DNA of 59,025 nt, filler included, from Stramenopiles sp. TOSAG23-6 (taxonomy: Eukaryota): the NCBI GenBank assembly GCA_900128565.1. It is 2 parts of 2 records of this genome, joined end to end, with 100 filler letters (N's around TTAATTAATTAA, not from the genome) between each part and the next. Parts side by side here need not be neighbours in the genome. Positions count along the whole stretch, not along the records: positions 1 to 29,589 come from LT635970.1; positions 29,690 to 59,025 come from LT635971.1. One strand, given 5' to 3'. Positions 24,936 to 35,300 of the stretch are shown in pieces (positions within the stretch are counted from its first letter, which is position 1; each line of letters starts with the position of its first letter). The notes beneath the pieces were generated by a model. The model did not search any database. It was not told the origin of the DNA and saw only the letters and a program-made list of their open reading frames with translations. Position numbers and translations under genes: made by a program.

Positions 24936-26219
24936 CTAGGACATACGCAGTTGATACTTTCCATTCTTTGTAATGTATCTCACCCAAGGCAAAGCTTGAT
25001 ACCCACTTTTTTCAATAATCTTCAAATACCTGACTTGAATACCTGATACAGTGAAATATGGAATTTCAAAGTTGACTTGAATTGGTGCTTTCCAACTATC
25101 ATTTTTCTGATCGTCATCAATTTGTTTAATCGATGGAAGACCAAAATGAGCACGCATGAGATATTCCCGGGAACCGTAAAACTGTTTAATACTCCAAACT
25201 ATACAATCTTGGTCTGGAACATATGTCACAGTACCTACTGAAGCTTTAAATGATGGAGTATCAACATCTGTCGGCACAGCAATTCTGATTTCAACACCGT
25301 TTGCAATGGAACGGGACTTGAACTGACTTTTTGCCTTTACCATGTATTCAATTCTACCAGGATGTGGTTCTACCAAAGCTTCAACCCATATTAATGGTTT
25401 AACATGTGTATTTAAACGATAACTCATCAACTCAAATTCCCCATCTGGAGGAATAAATGAAATAGTTCTGTCATTCTCAAATCGAGCAAGACGAACACAT
25501 TGGTGAAACTTTATGTCTTCCATTTCCACAGCTTTTCCCTTTGCTAACATAGACCTCCTCCCTGTTTCTTCAAACATAATTTTATCATTGAGCCCAAGTT
25601 TTAATTCTGGCATTCCGGAGAGGAAACTTTTCATTTTGATTTCCCCAAGGATTTCGGAGTGTAAGACAGTACCGTTTGTTGCAACTAATAAATTTAGCTT
25701 TTCGATAACGTCAAGGAAAATCTCGTTCTTACGATGCTTTATTCCTTCACTTCTCCAAGACACTGCATTTGTTAGAGTAGTGGGGGGTTTCGTCTCCGTC
25801 CGATGACTTTCTTGTGTAATATACTCCTTCAGAACCTTTGGCTCGGTACTCTGCGGATATCCAAAATCCATCATTTCGTCAAAGAGCTCGTAAATAATGA
25901 CAAAGTTATCTCGAATACTTTCTTCGTGAATGTCACCAAAATATTCTTTAAACACATTCACTAATCTATTCAAGAACAAAAGAATTATCGTGACATTTGC
26001 ATTACGTTTTGTAACAGCTAGTAAGAGCAAATTATTGAACTTTATGTATACGTATGTTATGCCGTCTACAGTAAAGACAGGCTTAAGGTCAGCTTGGTCA
26101 CTTTCTTGAACAATCTGATGGAAACGAGTTGTCGCTGAGTGTGGAATATCTCCACGGTAGTTACGAGATATAATAATTTTCCCTTTTAAATCCATGATAA
26201 AGACAGCTGATGCCACCAT
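24936..26219 (-). CDS. AP1M1: Clathrin adaptor AP-1 complex subunit mu
   Basis: SRNYRGD, EESIRDNFVIIYEL.DEMMDFGYPQ, VSWRSEGIK, LSGMPELKLGLNDK, FHQCVRLARFENDRTISFIPPDGEFELMSYR, YQALPWVRYIT. Intronless, ATG at 26219. Confidence 0.97.
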   Translation of the reverse strand: MVASAVFIMDLKGKIIISRNYRGDIPHSATTRFHQIVQESDQADLKPVFTVDGITYVYIKFNNLLLLAVTKRNANVTIILLFLNRLVNVFKEYFGDIHEESIRDNFVIIYELFDEMMDFGYPQSTEPKVLKEYITQESHRTETKPPTTLTNAVSWRSEGIKHRKNEIFLDVIEKLNLLVATNGTVLHSEILGEIKMKSFLSGMPELKLGLNDKIMFEETGRRSMLAKGKAVEMEDIKFHQCVRLARFENDRTISFIPPDGEFELMSYRLNTHVKPLIWVEALVEPHPGRIEYMVKAKSQFKSRSIANGVEIRIAVPTDVDTPSFKASVGTVTYVPDQDCIVWSIKQFYGSREYLMRAHFGLPSIKQIDDDQKNDSWKAPIQVNFEIPYFTVSGIQVRYLKIIEKSGYQALPWVRYITKNGKYQLRMS

Positions 26220-26438
26220 GGCTACAGGGGATACACAACAATAATTTAGTCCAAACAAAAAATATCCAGCGGATCAATCCTACTACGATGGGTCGTTAAG
26301 GAGTTAGAGCAGTGCGAGGATTGGAGTGGGACCTTCTCGAATCAAATCTCGAGAACCCTCGAGAACATCATCAAGCGGAACAAGTTTCTTTTTTTAATTG
26401 GAACAAACATGCTTTAGTAACTGTAAAATTTTTTTGTT

Positions 26439-28211
26439 TTATACTTCGTACATTCCTGGAATTATTGAATTAATCACACCGCGAGGACCCTTCCTCAATG
26501 AAGCTGAAAATCCAGAACCATACATTCTGCTTAAAAGCTTTTTGATAAATCTATCATTTGAAGCTTTATCTCGTCGATTATGCATAATATATGTTCCTCT
26601 TCTGTTCTGTAGGGCAAAATCCTTTGATTTTTGGAACTCATTTTCATCTTCAAAAAATAGCGAATATTTACAAAATATAGCGGAAGAAGAAATAATCTTG
26701 TTTACACTGATATCATTATCCATTCTGTGCATTTGTATTGAAGGCAATAATGTTGCATAAAGTAACATCTTCTGAAGTATTTTATTGACCCATTTTTCAT
26801 CTTTATCCATATATTCATTTTGCTTCAGTATCGAAGTTGTAAACTTTGTAAAGCTTAAAATATCATCAATATTAAGAATATCATCACTAATCATTGTAGA
26901 TAATATTGGAGAAGCTATTAATTGTGATAATATAAAAGCAGGAGAAAATAAATGGTTGCTGATGAGACTTGAATTTTCTATANTTTTGTATTTCGTGTTT
27001 CCTATCATCGATGTTTGTAATAAACTACATTTTATTTCATTACTACTAGTATTTGTATTATCAGTGTTATTCGTTGGGCATTTTCTACTTAATAATATTT
27101 CATTATTACTTTTGGTTTGAATTATTGATAATGTTGCCCCCCATACACTCTGAACAACAGACCGATATATTGGAGTACAATTATCGTTTTCTTTATGTTT
27201 ATCACCACCATCAATATTTTCAACAATTTGCTTATTTTGGTACATTGAAATTGCAATTGTTCCTCCTGGCTTTGTTCGCGAGTAAACAGCTTCCAAAAAA
27301 TCTTTTGATCGTAATGTTTCTTTTTTCATAGATTTATTTGATTGATATTTATATATTTCACCTATATGTATATTTGAACCTTTTGACGTATGCGAAGGTA
27401 CCAAAAGAAATATAACATCAAATACTTCATAACTATTTGTTGAATCATCTTTAACAAAATTATCTTGGATATAGTGAATCAGAGATTCTTCTTGTGGAAG
27501 AGAGTGAACAGTTAATCCTTTTGGAATACCAAAACATGCACCTGATATAAAATGTAAACAAGCATCATCTTCAGGTATTATTACATCTATAACGGCTTGT
27601 GGGAAATAAGAGGCTACTAAATGAGGTATAGAAAATGAAGAGTCACCTATTATTAAAACTCGAAAAGGTTTCAATGGCATAGTTTGCACCTCTTTTTGAA
27701 CTCTAAAATTTGTTTGTAGAGAACTGTTTTTAAACCTATCTCGAAAGGTAAGAGCAATAGCTAGAGTACTAAGATTCTTTGAATTGTGATGTATTTTACT
27801 CTCTGAGTTTCTTTTACAAGGAAAGGCGCAACAAAATTGCTGATGGTTTTCCAAAGAATCACTTTTCTGAGCGTTAGCCTGTGCTCTAGAATCCAACTCA
27901 CGATGACCACTTCCTTCACAAACACCACTTCCGAGTTGCTTCAAGGACGGATATGCTAGTATCTTGCGCAAACCATCTTTACCCTGCAATACACTATATG
28001 TTCTACCTTTGTGACTATTTGATTTTGCATGACAAATAGAAAAAAAACCTGGAATTGTTGCCTCTTCTTGACTTGGCATGAACTCGGATAAGGACGACGA
28101 TACAACAGACGCTGGATCTATTACGTCACGTTTGCTAGAATCATTTTTTTTACGTCCGTTTACTGCTGACGGAAGTTGAGCGACAAGCAATATAAATTTA
28201 AATATTTGCAT
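26439..28211 (-). CDS. Signal-peptide protein with a divergent class I SAM-methyltransferase/spermidine-synthase-like fold
   Basis: RVLIIGDSS (degenerate motif I), YFPQAVIDVI, FDVIFL, FLEAVYSRTKPGGTIAI. Hydrophobic N-terminus. Confidence 0.55.
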   Translation of the reverse strand: MQIFKFILLVAQLPSAVNGRKKNDSSKRDVIDPASVVSSSLSEFMPSQEEATIPGFFSICHAKSNSHKGRTYSVLQGKDGLRKILAYPSLKQLGSGVCEGSGHRELDSRAQANAQKSDSLENHQQFCCAFPCKRNSESKIHHNSKNLSTLAIALTFRDRFKNSSLQTNFRVQKEVQTMPLKPFRVLIIGDSSFSIPHLVASYFPQAVIDVIIPEDDACLHFISGACFGIPKGLTVHSLPQEESLIHYIQDNFVKDDSTNSYEVFDVIFLLVPSHTSKGSNIHIGEIYKYQSNKSMKKETLRSKDFLEAVYSRTKPGGTIAISMYQNKQIVENIDGGDKHKENDNCTPIYRSVVQSVWGATLSIIQTKSNNEILLSRKCPTNNTDNTNTSSNEIKCSLLQTSMIGNTKYKXIENSSLISNHLFSPAFILSQLIASPILSTMISDDILNIDDILSFTKFTTSILKQNEYMDKDEKWVNKILQKMLLYATLLPSIQMHRMDNDISVNKIISSSAIFCKYSLFFEDENEFQKSKDFALQNRRGTYIMHNRRDKASNDRFIKKLLSRMYGSGFSASLRKGPRGVINSIIPGMYEV

Positions 28212-28520
28212 TATCAAATAAGCATCAACTAGGAAAATGAAGAAAAGTAATTTGAGATTTCAGAGTGGGAGGTTAGCTTTATACTACGTATATGTAGCTA
28301 TATATATTATAGTAGTGCCCGCCCGAATGTGCCCGCTCCTCTGGTATGTCAATTAGGGTTAGGGTCAAAAAAACGAAGTCAATCCGTCGATCAGGTGATA
28401 ATAATTTCTTTCCAGTAGAAACGTAGTATATTTTTAGTATCTTTTGTGAAATAAGTTAAACATTTAAGAAGTACTGCACATAGGACACAGTTTAGAGCCT
28501 ACTTTATTGAGTTTTTTATC

Positions 28521-29479
28521 ATGATGACAAAGCGTCGTTCAAATCTTGTTGCCGCATTCAAATTCATTTTGGCGCTACTATTGTTGCCTTCCAATGCTTC
28601 CGCGGATAATTCGGATGATCGAAATAAATTAGCTTTTTCGTGTCAGATAAACGACGGCAAACGAGAAGCATGTCAAAAAAACAAGGAAGAATGTTTTTTC
28701 AAAGCAAATGAGAGTGAGTGTGAAAAACTTACAGGAGAAAAGAAAAAAGCATGTGTGGCTACATGTAATTTCGAAGAAAATATGACTTGTACTCATTTGT
28801 GTCACAAATACGACAACGACGAAGAGAATTGTATGAGTAAGAAGAATCAAGGCGATACAGATATAATAAAACCTTTGAAATGTCTTTACGACTTACACAC
28901 AAATGCATGTTTTCCTGAGAGTATGCATCACGTTCATGTTCGACATGGCGAAACAAAAAATTCAAAAGGGGTGAAAGTAAATCCAACAAAATGCGTGTTA
29001 ATTCATGGCGCTGGACAAACATGGGACGGTAAACCAACTGAAATAGACGTCAATCACCATGGTGCAAGACCTTATTGGAGTCCAGCCTCTGGACCCTGGG
29101 GGAAAACACCTGGACCTAATGGTGTACGAGACTATGTGATGATGGAAACTGACAATGAGGGAAGAGTCAGAGAAGGTAATTCTAATGGAGGTTGCACCCA
29201 AACTTTGTTTTTTCATTATGACCAGAAAAGATTTGCTTATGATGATGATCAAATAACAAAGAAGTTATGTAGAGATCTTGTAGGAAAAGGATATAATGAA
29301 GCTAACCCTGAAAACGGAGAAAGGTTAATAAAAAATCAACGAATATGGACTCATAGCAATGGAAATTTAGTCTTTCTATCAGCATTAATTAAGAAACATT
29401 GTGAACTTGATTTACTTTCTTCACTTTGGTTCTCGGTACAAGCACCATTCGCTGGTTCGCACCTTACCGATCAAATCAT
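28521..29479 (+). CDS. Secreted Cys-rich plus alpha/beta-hydrolase (lipase-like) protein, 3' truncated by an intron and the contig end
   Basis: Signal peptide and Cys-rich N-terminus. CVLIHGAG, nucleophile elbow THSNG, QAPFAGS. The exon ends at AT|GTACGT (29480). Confidence 0.7.
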
Positions 29480-29544
29480 GTACGTTTTCTCATCATGAAT
29501 TTATTTTAATTTTGTTTTTAATGTTTTGAAATTTTGATTTTTTG

Positions 29545-29576
<32 letters not shown>

Positions 29577-29589
29577 CATTTTTTTTTTT
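29480..29589 (+). mobile_element. Probable 5' part of a GT-AT family intron at the contig end (copy G)
   Basis: AT|GTACGTTTTCT matches the donor of copy E. The sequence degrades into homopolymers before the gap. Confidence 0.5.
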
Positions 29590-29689
29590 NNNNNNNNNNN
29601 NNNNNNNNNNNNNNNNNNNNNNNNNNNNNNNNNTTAATTAATTAANNNNNNNNNNNNNNNNNNNNNNNNNNNNNNNNNNNNNNNNNNNN
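29590..29689. other. Artificial contig-join spacer N44-TTAATTAATTAA-N44
   Basis: A symmetric 100-nt spacer with a six-frame-stop linker at 29634-29645. The two flanks need not be adjacent in the genome. Confidence 0.95.
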
Positions 29690-29743
29690 TTGTACCTAAC
29701 AATTTTTTTTAGATTTTTTTTGAAATATTTTTCCAAAATACAT
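29690..29743 (+). mobile_element. 3' half of a GT-AT family intron (copy H)
   Basis: TTGTACCTAAC...TTGAAATATTTTTCCAAAATACAT|, a 3' end identical to copy C. A Myb exon follows. Confidence 0.8.
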
Positions 29744-30642
29744 CGGTGGCGAATAGTCCAGTTCGGGGTTTGCGTAAAAAGAAACTGACACAAAAGAAAA
29801 AGGCAAAGTTAAGGACATCAAAACGAACACTACAACCAAGATGGACGAAAGAAGAAGATGCGATCTTAAGTCTTGCTATTGCAGAGTATGGTGCTACAGC
29901 GGCTTCCGAAAGTGGCGAATCAGTTAATGTGGTAAATACAGAGGATGTACGTTTTATTTTTTTTTCAATTTTGAATTTATTTTTCGTACGAAATTTCGTA
30001 CCTAACGATTTTAATTTTTGAAATATTTTTCCAAAATACATGGCTCAACATCGAACTCCCTGCAGAACCTCAAAAATCTTGGTAGTACAAGTATTGAAAG
30101 CCGAGCGTCTCTTTTGGGAACTAGGTGGTCCATTATCGCCAAGAAGCTCCCAGGACGTCTTGGAAAGCAGTGCCGTGAACGTTGGTTTTCAGTATGAATT
30201 TCAAATTTTTTTTTTTTCGTACGAATTTTTGTACCTAACAAATTTCGAATTTAATTTTTTTTACAATACATGTTGGTTTAATCATCTCGATCCAACGCTC
30301 AAGACAAAAAAGATGAAATGGACAGATGCGGAAGATCAAATATTATTTGATATGCAAAAAATTGTGGGAAATGTACGTTTTCTACACTCAATTTCGAATT
30401 TATTTTTTTACTATGAAAATTTTGTACCTAACGATTTTTTTTTACTAAAAATTAATTTTTTCACAATACATAAATGGTGTGAAATTTCAAAATCTTTGGA
30501 AGGACGATCAGAAAATTCCATCAAAAACAGGTGGAACTCTAAAAAATTGCGCATCAAACGAAATCTGATTCCAAAAAAAACACCGAGGAATAAATATTCC
30601 ATGGTGGCGATGAATGAAGTTCGTGGATCTGGCGTTTTTTAA
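29744..30642 (+). CDS. R2R3-type Myb transcription factor, 5' partial; exons 29744-29946, 30042-30180, 30272-30372, 30472-30642
   Basis: Spliced product: WTKEEDAIL...RWSIIAKKLPGRLGKQCRERWFNHLDPTLK...WTDAEDQILFDMQKIVGNKWCEISKSLEGRSENSIKNRWNS. Confidence 0.92.
29947..30041 (+). mobile_element. GT-AT family intron, copy C (95 nt)
   Basis: AT|GTACGTTTT...TTTTCGTACGAAATTTCGTACCTAAC...CCAAAATACAT|GG. Phase 0; restores the frame into the Myb repeat. Confidence 0.85.
30181..30271 (+). mobile_element. GT-AT family intron, copy D (91 nt)
   Basis: C|GTTGGTTT...TTCGTACGAATTTTTGTACCTAAC...ACAATACAT|GTTGGTTT. Removal restores GKQCRERWFNHLDP. Confidence 0.9.
30373..30471 (+). mobile_element. GT-AT family intron, copy E (99 nt, in frame, no stop)
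   Basis: AAT|GTACGTTT...TTTTGTACCTAAC...CACAATACAT|AAATGG. Removal restores Myb GNKW. Confidence 0.9.
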
Positions 30643-30998
30643 ACTTTTGTTACCCGGTAATATGATGATGACGTCATTTATTTACGAGAACAACAACATT
30701 TAACCTTTTCATGTTTTACAACTTATGCAAAACTCGATAATGATTTATATCATGCAAATGTGGGATATATAGCGTATTGTAGATTGAGTACATTTGTAGG
30801 ATATCTTATGCATATAGTATTTTAGATTGTGTTGAAATTATATTGAAAATAAAATATCATATATGATTTAAAAATATCTTAGCAGGTTTGTGTTTTTTTT
30901 TGGCAGTCAGGACATTGTCCATTGATTGACATATGTCATTTCTGTATCTTTCGTATCTTTTGTAGGGTACCAACAAAGAAGTGCAAATCACCAATCCA

Positions 30999-32228
30999 AT
31001 GGGGCCAGATAGTGAAAAAGCAAAGGTAGCACCTGAAGCCAAAGTTGAACTCAACAATGTTAATCCTATTCCTAAGCTAACTGTAGCAATGACCGGAGCA
31101 AACTCTGGTTTAGGGTACGAGTCCGTTCGTCAGCTCGCCTTGAGGGAAGAAATTGGTAAGATCATCCTCTGCTGTCGTTCACAGGATAAAGCCGACAAAG
31201 CCATTGCATCTCTCATGAAGGAAACATCAAAAGAAAAAGATTTCTTTGGTAATGTTGTTCTTGACTTAGCAGATCTTGGTTCTATCAAAGCTGCAGCAGA
31301 AATTTTTCCAGAATTTGACTGTTTGGTTCTAAATGCCGGTGGTCTTGCAGGATACAAGGCGAAGCATGAGTTGTCCGGTGCGACACGAGGGCAGGTAATA
31401 AACACACTCGGTCACGCTATGCTTGTAGATATGCTTCTTAGTGCAGGAAAAATTCCTGATGGTAAACAAGTTGTTTACATTGGATCCGAAGTATCACGAG
31501 CTATTTGGTCTTTCCAAGGCCTACTACCCAATTATTGCGGCAACTTCAAGGAAAAAGATATTGACTGGGCGATCAAAGACAACTACAATTCCTGCATGGC
31601 TGCGCGATCAACGTTAGGAGACTACAAGAATGCAAAAATTATTGGCCATATGCATTTTACCAATCTTGCAAAGGATTATCCTAACATTAAATGGGTTTCC
31701 ACGTCCCCTGGGGCAGTTGGAGGAGTAATTTTTGTTTTTATTCCAAGTAGAATGACGTTTGCTTTTACATGATAAACATAATTATTTATTTAAAATACTA
31801 TTGACATATTCTACAGATTATTGGCCGATACAAAGGGAGGAAATGGCCCATCATTTGGCGCGAAAGCATCTTTTCCACTAAAGCAAATGATGGGTGTCAT
31901 GCCTTGTATGTTGCGTTGTTTATGTGTCAGCCATGCGTGTGGGCCAACAGAGGCAGCGGAAATTGGTGCAAGTCGTTATGTTGAAGTAATCTTGGACGGT
32001 TATGGTGGCTCAAAGGAGAAGTGGGAATCTGGTTCAATTCCATTGTCGGGAAAACCATTTCCATGTTGTTGTTGTCTTTGGGGTGGAACGGGTCCTATGG
32101 CGGACAACAGAGATTATGTCTCATATTATCGCGATGCAGCATTAATGAAAGCAACAACTGTCAAGCTCCGCGAATATGGGGCAAAATGGGCAAAGGCTGC
32201 AAACATATCTGTAGATATGAAACGATGA
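30999..32228 (+). CDS. Short-chain dehydrogenase/reductase (retinol dehydrogenase/WWOX-like); probable canonical intron 31725-31835
   Basis: TGANSGLG, LDLADL, LVLNAG, YKNAK (YxxxK), SPG. A GTAATT...AAAG phase-0 join gives PGAVGG-GGNGPSF; the exact acceptor is uncertain. Confidence 0.85.
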
Positions 32229-32313
32229 AGATAGAAAAATTACGGAATTCTTTTTCTAGAATGTATATAATTTTAAAGATGAAAATAAAATACAAAGATT
32301 TACTTTTATACAT

Positions 32314-35300
32314 TCAACCAAACATGAGTGATTCGTTTTCTTTTAGGTCGGCCTGAATGTCGACTTCGTCCCAACCTCCCATTTCATTATCTGCTAATCT
32401 GAAATCAGCATCCATTTCTACACAATGATGTATCGCATAAAGTAATTTTGTCCGCATGATTTCATCCGATGAGTATTTGGGAAGATTAAGACTGAAAAAA
32501 CATGTGTGAGCCTTGGGTAAATAAATGTCAGGTGATGTCTTAGGGCCAGATCCCGCCGGAGCTTGAATTTTAAATTTTTGTGTCATTTCTTCAGATGTTG
32601 CCGGTAAACGTGATCTCGCCCAAACAAATCTCATAAATGCACATTTGTCTTCGGTAGTAAAGTTTCGTAAAGTTCGCCAAAATGATTGAACATGAGGATC
32701 ATCAATGGATATATCATCGTCGTACTCAGTGTTTTCAGCAAGCATGTCTATGTTCACTTCATGCTGGCCGCAAACCATGGTTCGCATTTCTTTCCAAGTA
32801 AGCATAGCTAAACCCCATTTTGGTACTACGGAAAAGAGTCCTTCCCGAATAGCTATTGTTCCACTTTGACTTTCCGACATTCGAGCGTACATTGTACGGT
32901 GTAAGAAATCGTCAAGGTTGTATATATTCAGCGGTTTCGTGTTAGATATGTTGCCCAAGGTAACTTCCGTCCCATCCGATGTTATTGTTGTCCAGTTCAT
33001 TTCACGAAGAAGTTTCGAAACAGAATCTTTTGATTTTGAAAAACGAGGCTGTTTTCCTATATTACGTGCTTCTTTATCTGCTTGTTTATTTATGGTTGCC
33101 TGATGCTGCATTTTTCGGAGTTCAAAACATGATGTCCATGCCGTTTTATCCATCCGTCTAATGTCATCAGGTGTAAGTGTCTGTCCAACAATTGGCTTCC
33201 ATATCATTGATGCCAATTCTAGTGGTAATGATATTCTATTTCGCAAAGATATACCCAAAAGTTGTCCCATAAAATTAAACATCTCTAGATATAAGCTTGT
33301 TCGTGGAGTTATTTCATTGCATACAGCTGGATTTGCTGTGTAACTGCCGTCGCCATTAGGTGTTGGTACAAGGAGATGCAGTATACACTCAGTATGTTCT
33401 CGCTCTACTGATGTCGCTGTTAATTGTTCCCTCATTTGGTTATTGGGGGCTTTAGGTTTCAATGCTGTCAATTCCGAGCAAAGTTGTGCAAAGCACTCCC
33501 TATAAGGCCCTCCGTAATCATCCACACCTTCACCTTCAAATTTTACCTTAAAAGCCCTTTGTTGACCATCGTCCATCGGGTGAGAATATGCTATTCGGAG
33601 AATTGCTGGGTCCAAAAAATGTAACTCGTCAAATAGTTGTCCAAACAAAGAACCACTTAGCCTTGCAATGGGGTCCATTCTCTCACGAGCAGCTGATGCC
33701 TTTGGTCTATTCAAAACAACCTGAGGTAGGTCGTCAGGGTAATCATAATCATCATCTGCCTTCTTTGCCTTTGTTGAAGACTTTGCAAGTATCCGCTTTA
33801 TTATCTTCTTTTTTTCATGTACAAAGAGCCAACGACGTGCATCACTGATTAATGCACCTAGTGATTCTCTATCGACGCCGATTGCATCAATCCCAGCTGG
33901 TAGAGCTGGATTTCGAAATCCATGTGGGATATGCCGAAGTGGGTCTTTATCAATAGTATCCTCTAGTGTGCTCCATCCAGCCATCCAATAGATGTCTTGC
34001 AATGGAGGTTTTACTAGATAAGGGCTGCAAAAGCCTACCGTCATGTCACAAAAAGGAATGAGCTTGATCACATCGTCATTAAATTCTTTTAGTAAAGATA
34101 ATCTCGCTTCAATTACTGCTTTTGTTAAAGCTCCACGACTATTTGCCAAGAGTTTTGGTTCTAGAGTTTTCACAAAATCAGTTCCAAGATTCCATGGATT
34201 TTTAGTCGTGGTAAAGCAAACATTATTTATAGCGTCAATAATGATTTCATCTGCATCCGATGTCCATTTCACATGTTCGACTGCGGCGCAGAATTGAACA
34301 AACGACAAATGAGACTGTGAAGCTTCATTCGTTAGTTGATCATTTATGATAGATCCATTTTTATGAACATTGTTTGCTACACCAGTACCACGTTTCTTCT
34401 CATCTCGACTGAGTAACTTGAATTTTTGTTTGTTCATTCTGATTTCCCTTTCTGAAAAGAACCAAGCACCTATATCACCATCTACATGGAACCATAATTT
34501 ATTGTCAGCAACGCCAACAACGACGGCAACACCACGAGGTGTTTGCACACGATCTCCCGACAGAAACCCATGTCCGAGTGAACTACACGCCTTTTCACTG
34601 AGATTAAATTGTATCTCATTACCTCCACGTGTAAGACTTCTTTTAGAGTCACCTGAAATCCATAAGACGTATGCTTCATAGCATCGATGTAGAAATAGTT
34701 TAGATAAACGTTGACCACGTATCATGCACCTTACACACTCAACAATCCCGGAGAGTTTAGTGTACTGTAGAACACTTGATGGTACCCCCGCTGCCACAAT
34801 ACCAATACCAGGACAATGGAATTCATCTTGTACTAAGGAAAGTCTCTGTCCTCTGTTATAGAATGCAACAGCAGGAAATAATTTTCCGGACAAACCTTCG
34901 AATCCGATTCCGAGGGAGACGCCATTGTGCGAAAAAGACAATGTACCTCGATCCATATCTAGCACAACACCAATAGTATCGCCCTGAGAAAATCGTTCAC
35001 CATATGTCTTGAGTTTTGCTCGCTGGTGATACAGAGCTCTATCTCCAATATAGCCCCAACCATGAGCATCGCCACCCAAAAAATTACAGATACTTACATC
35101 CCGAGTAGCTACGCCTATAAATATATATGCAGTGACACTCTTTTCGATATGAATGGCCCATCTATTAATCCCTACAGCAAATCCTGATGTTCCAAGAACT
35201 GTTGACCACATTTCATTTGAAGTAAAACTTGCAGTAAGGCCGTCAGGAGATAAATGTATGTTAGGGCCGCTTTTGCTGGGATCAAATCGAAATGGCAATT

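Noticed and set aside
26334-26366. TTCTCGAA and CTCGAGAAC x2 upstream of AP-1 mu, resembling a heat-shock element
   Set aside because: No run of three correctly spaced alternating nGAAn units.
28353-28364. TTAGGGTTAGGG telomere-like repeat
   Set aside because: Only two units in a divergent promoter; insufficient evidence for a telomere or telo-box function.
29634-29645. TTAATTAATTAA palindrome inside the N run
   Set aside because: Artificial linker. Adjacency of the hydrolase and Myb genes, or joining partial copies G and H into one intron, is not supported.
29947-30471. CRISPR-like array (repeats with unique spacers)
   Set aside because: The repeats are long and degenerate, the spacers are Myb exons, the context is eukaryotic and there are no cas genes.
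30040-30642. 200-aa ORF, and the F-rich tails of ORFs 15450-16109, 16573-17292 and 29746-30021, as real proteins
   Set aside because: These are read-through into the introns. Shared pseudo-peptides such as FFVRNFVPN are translations of the element.
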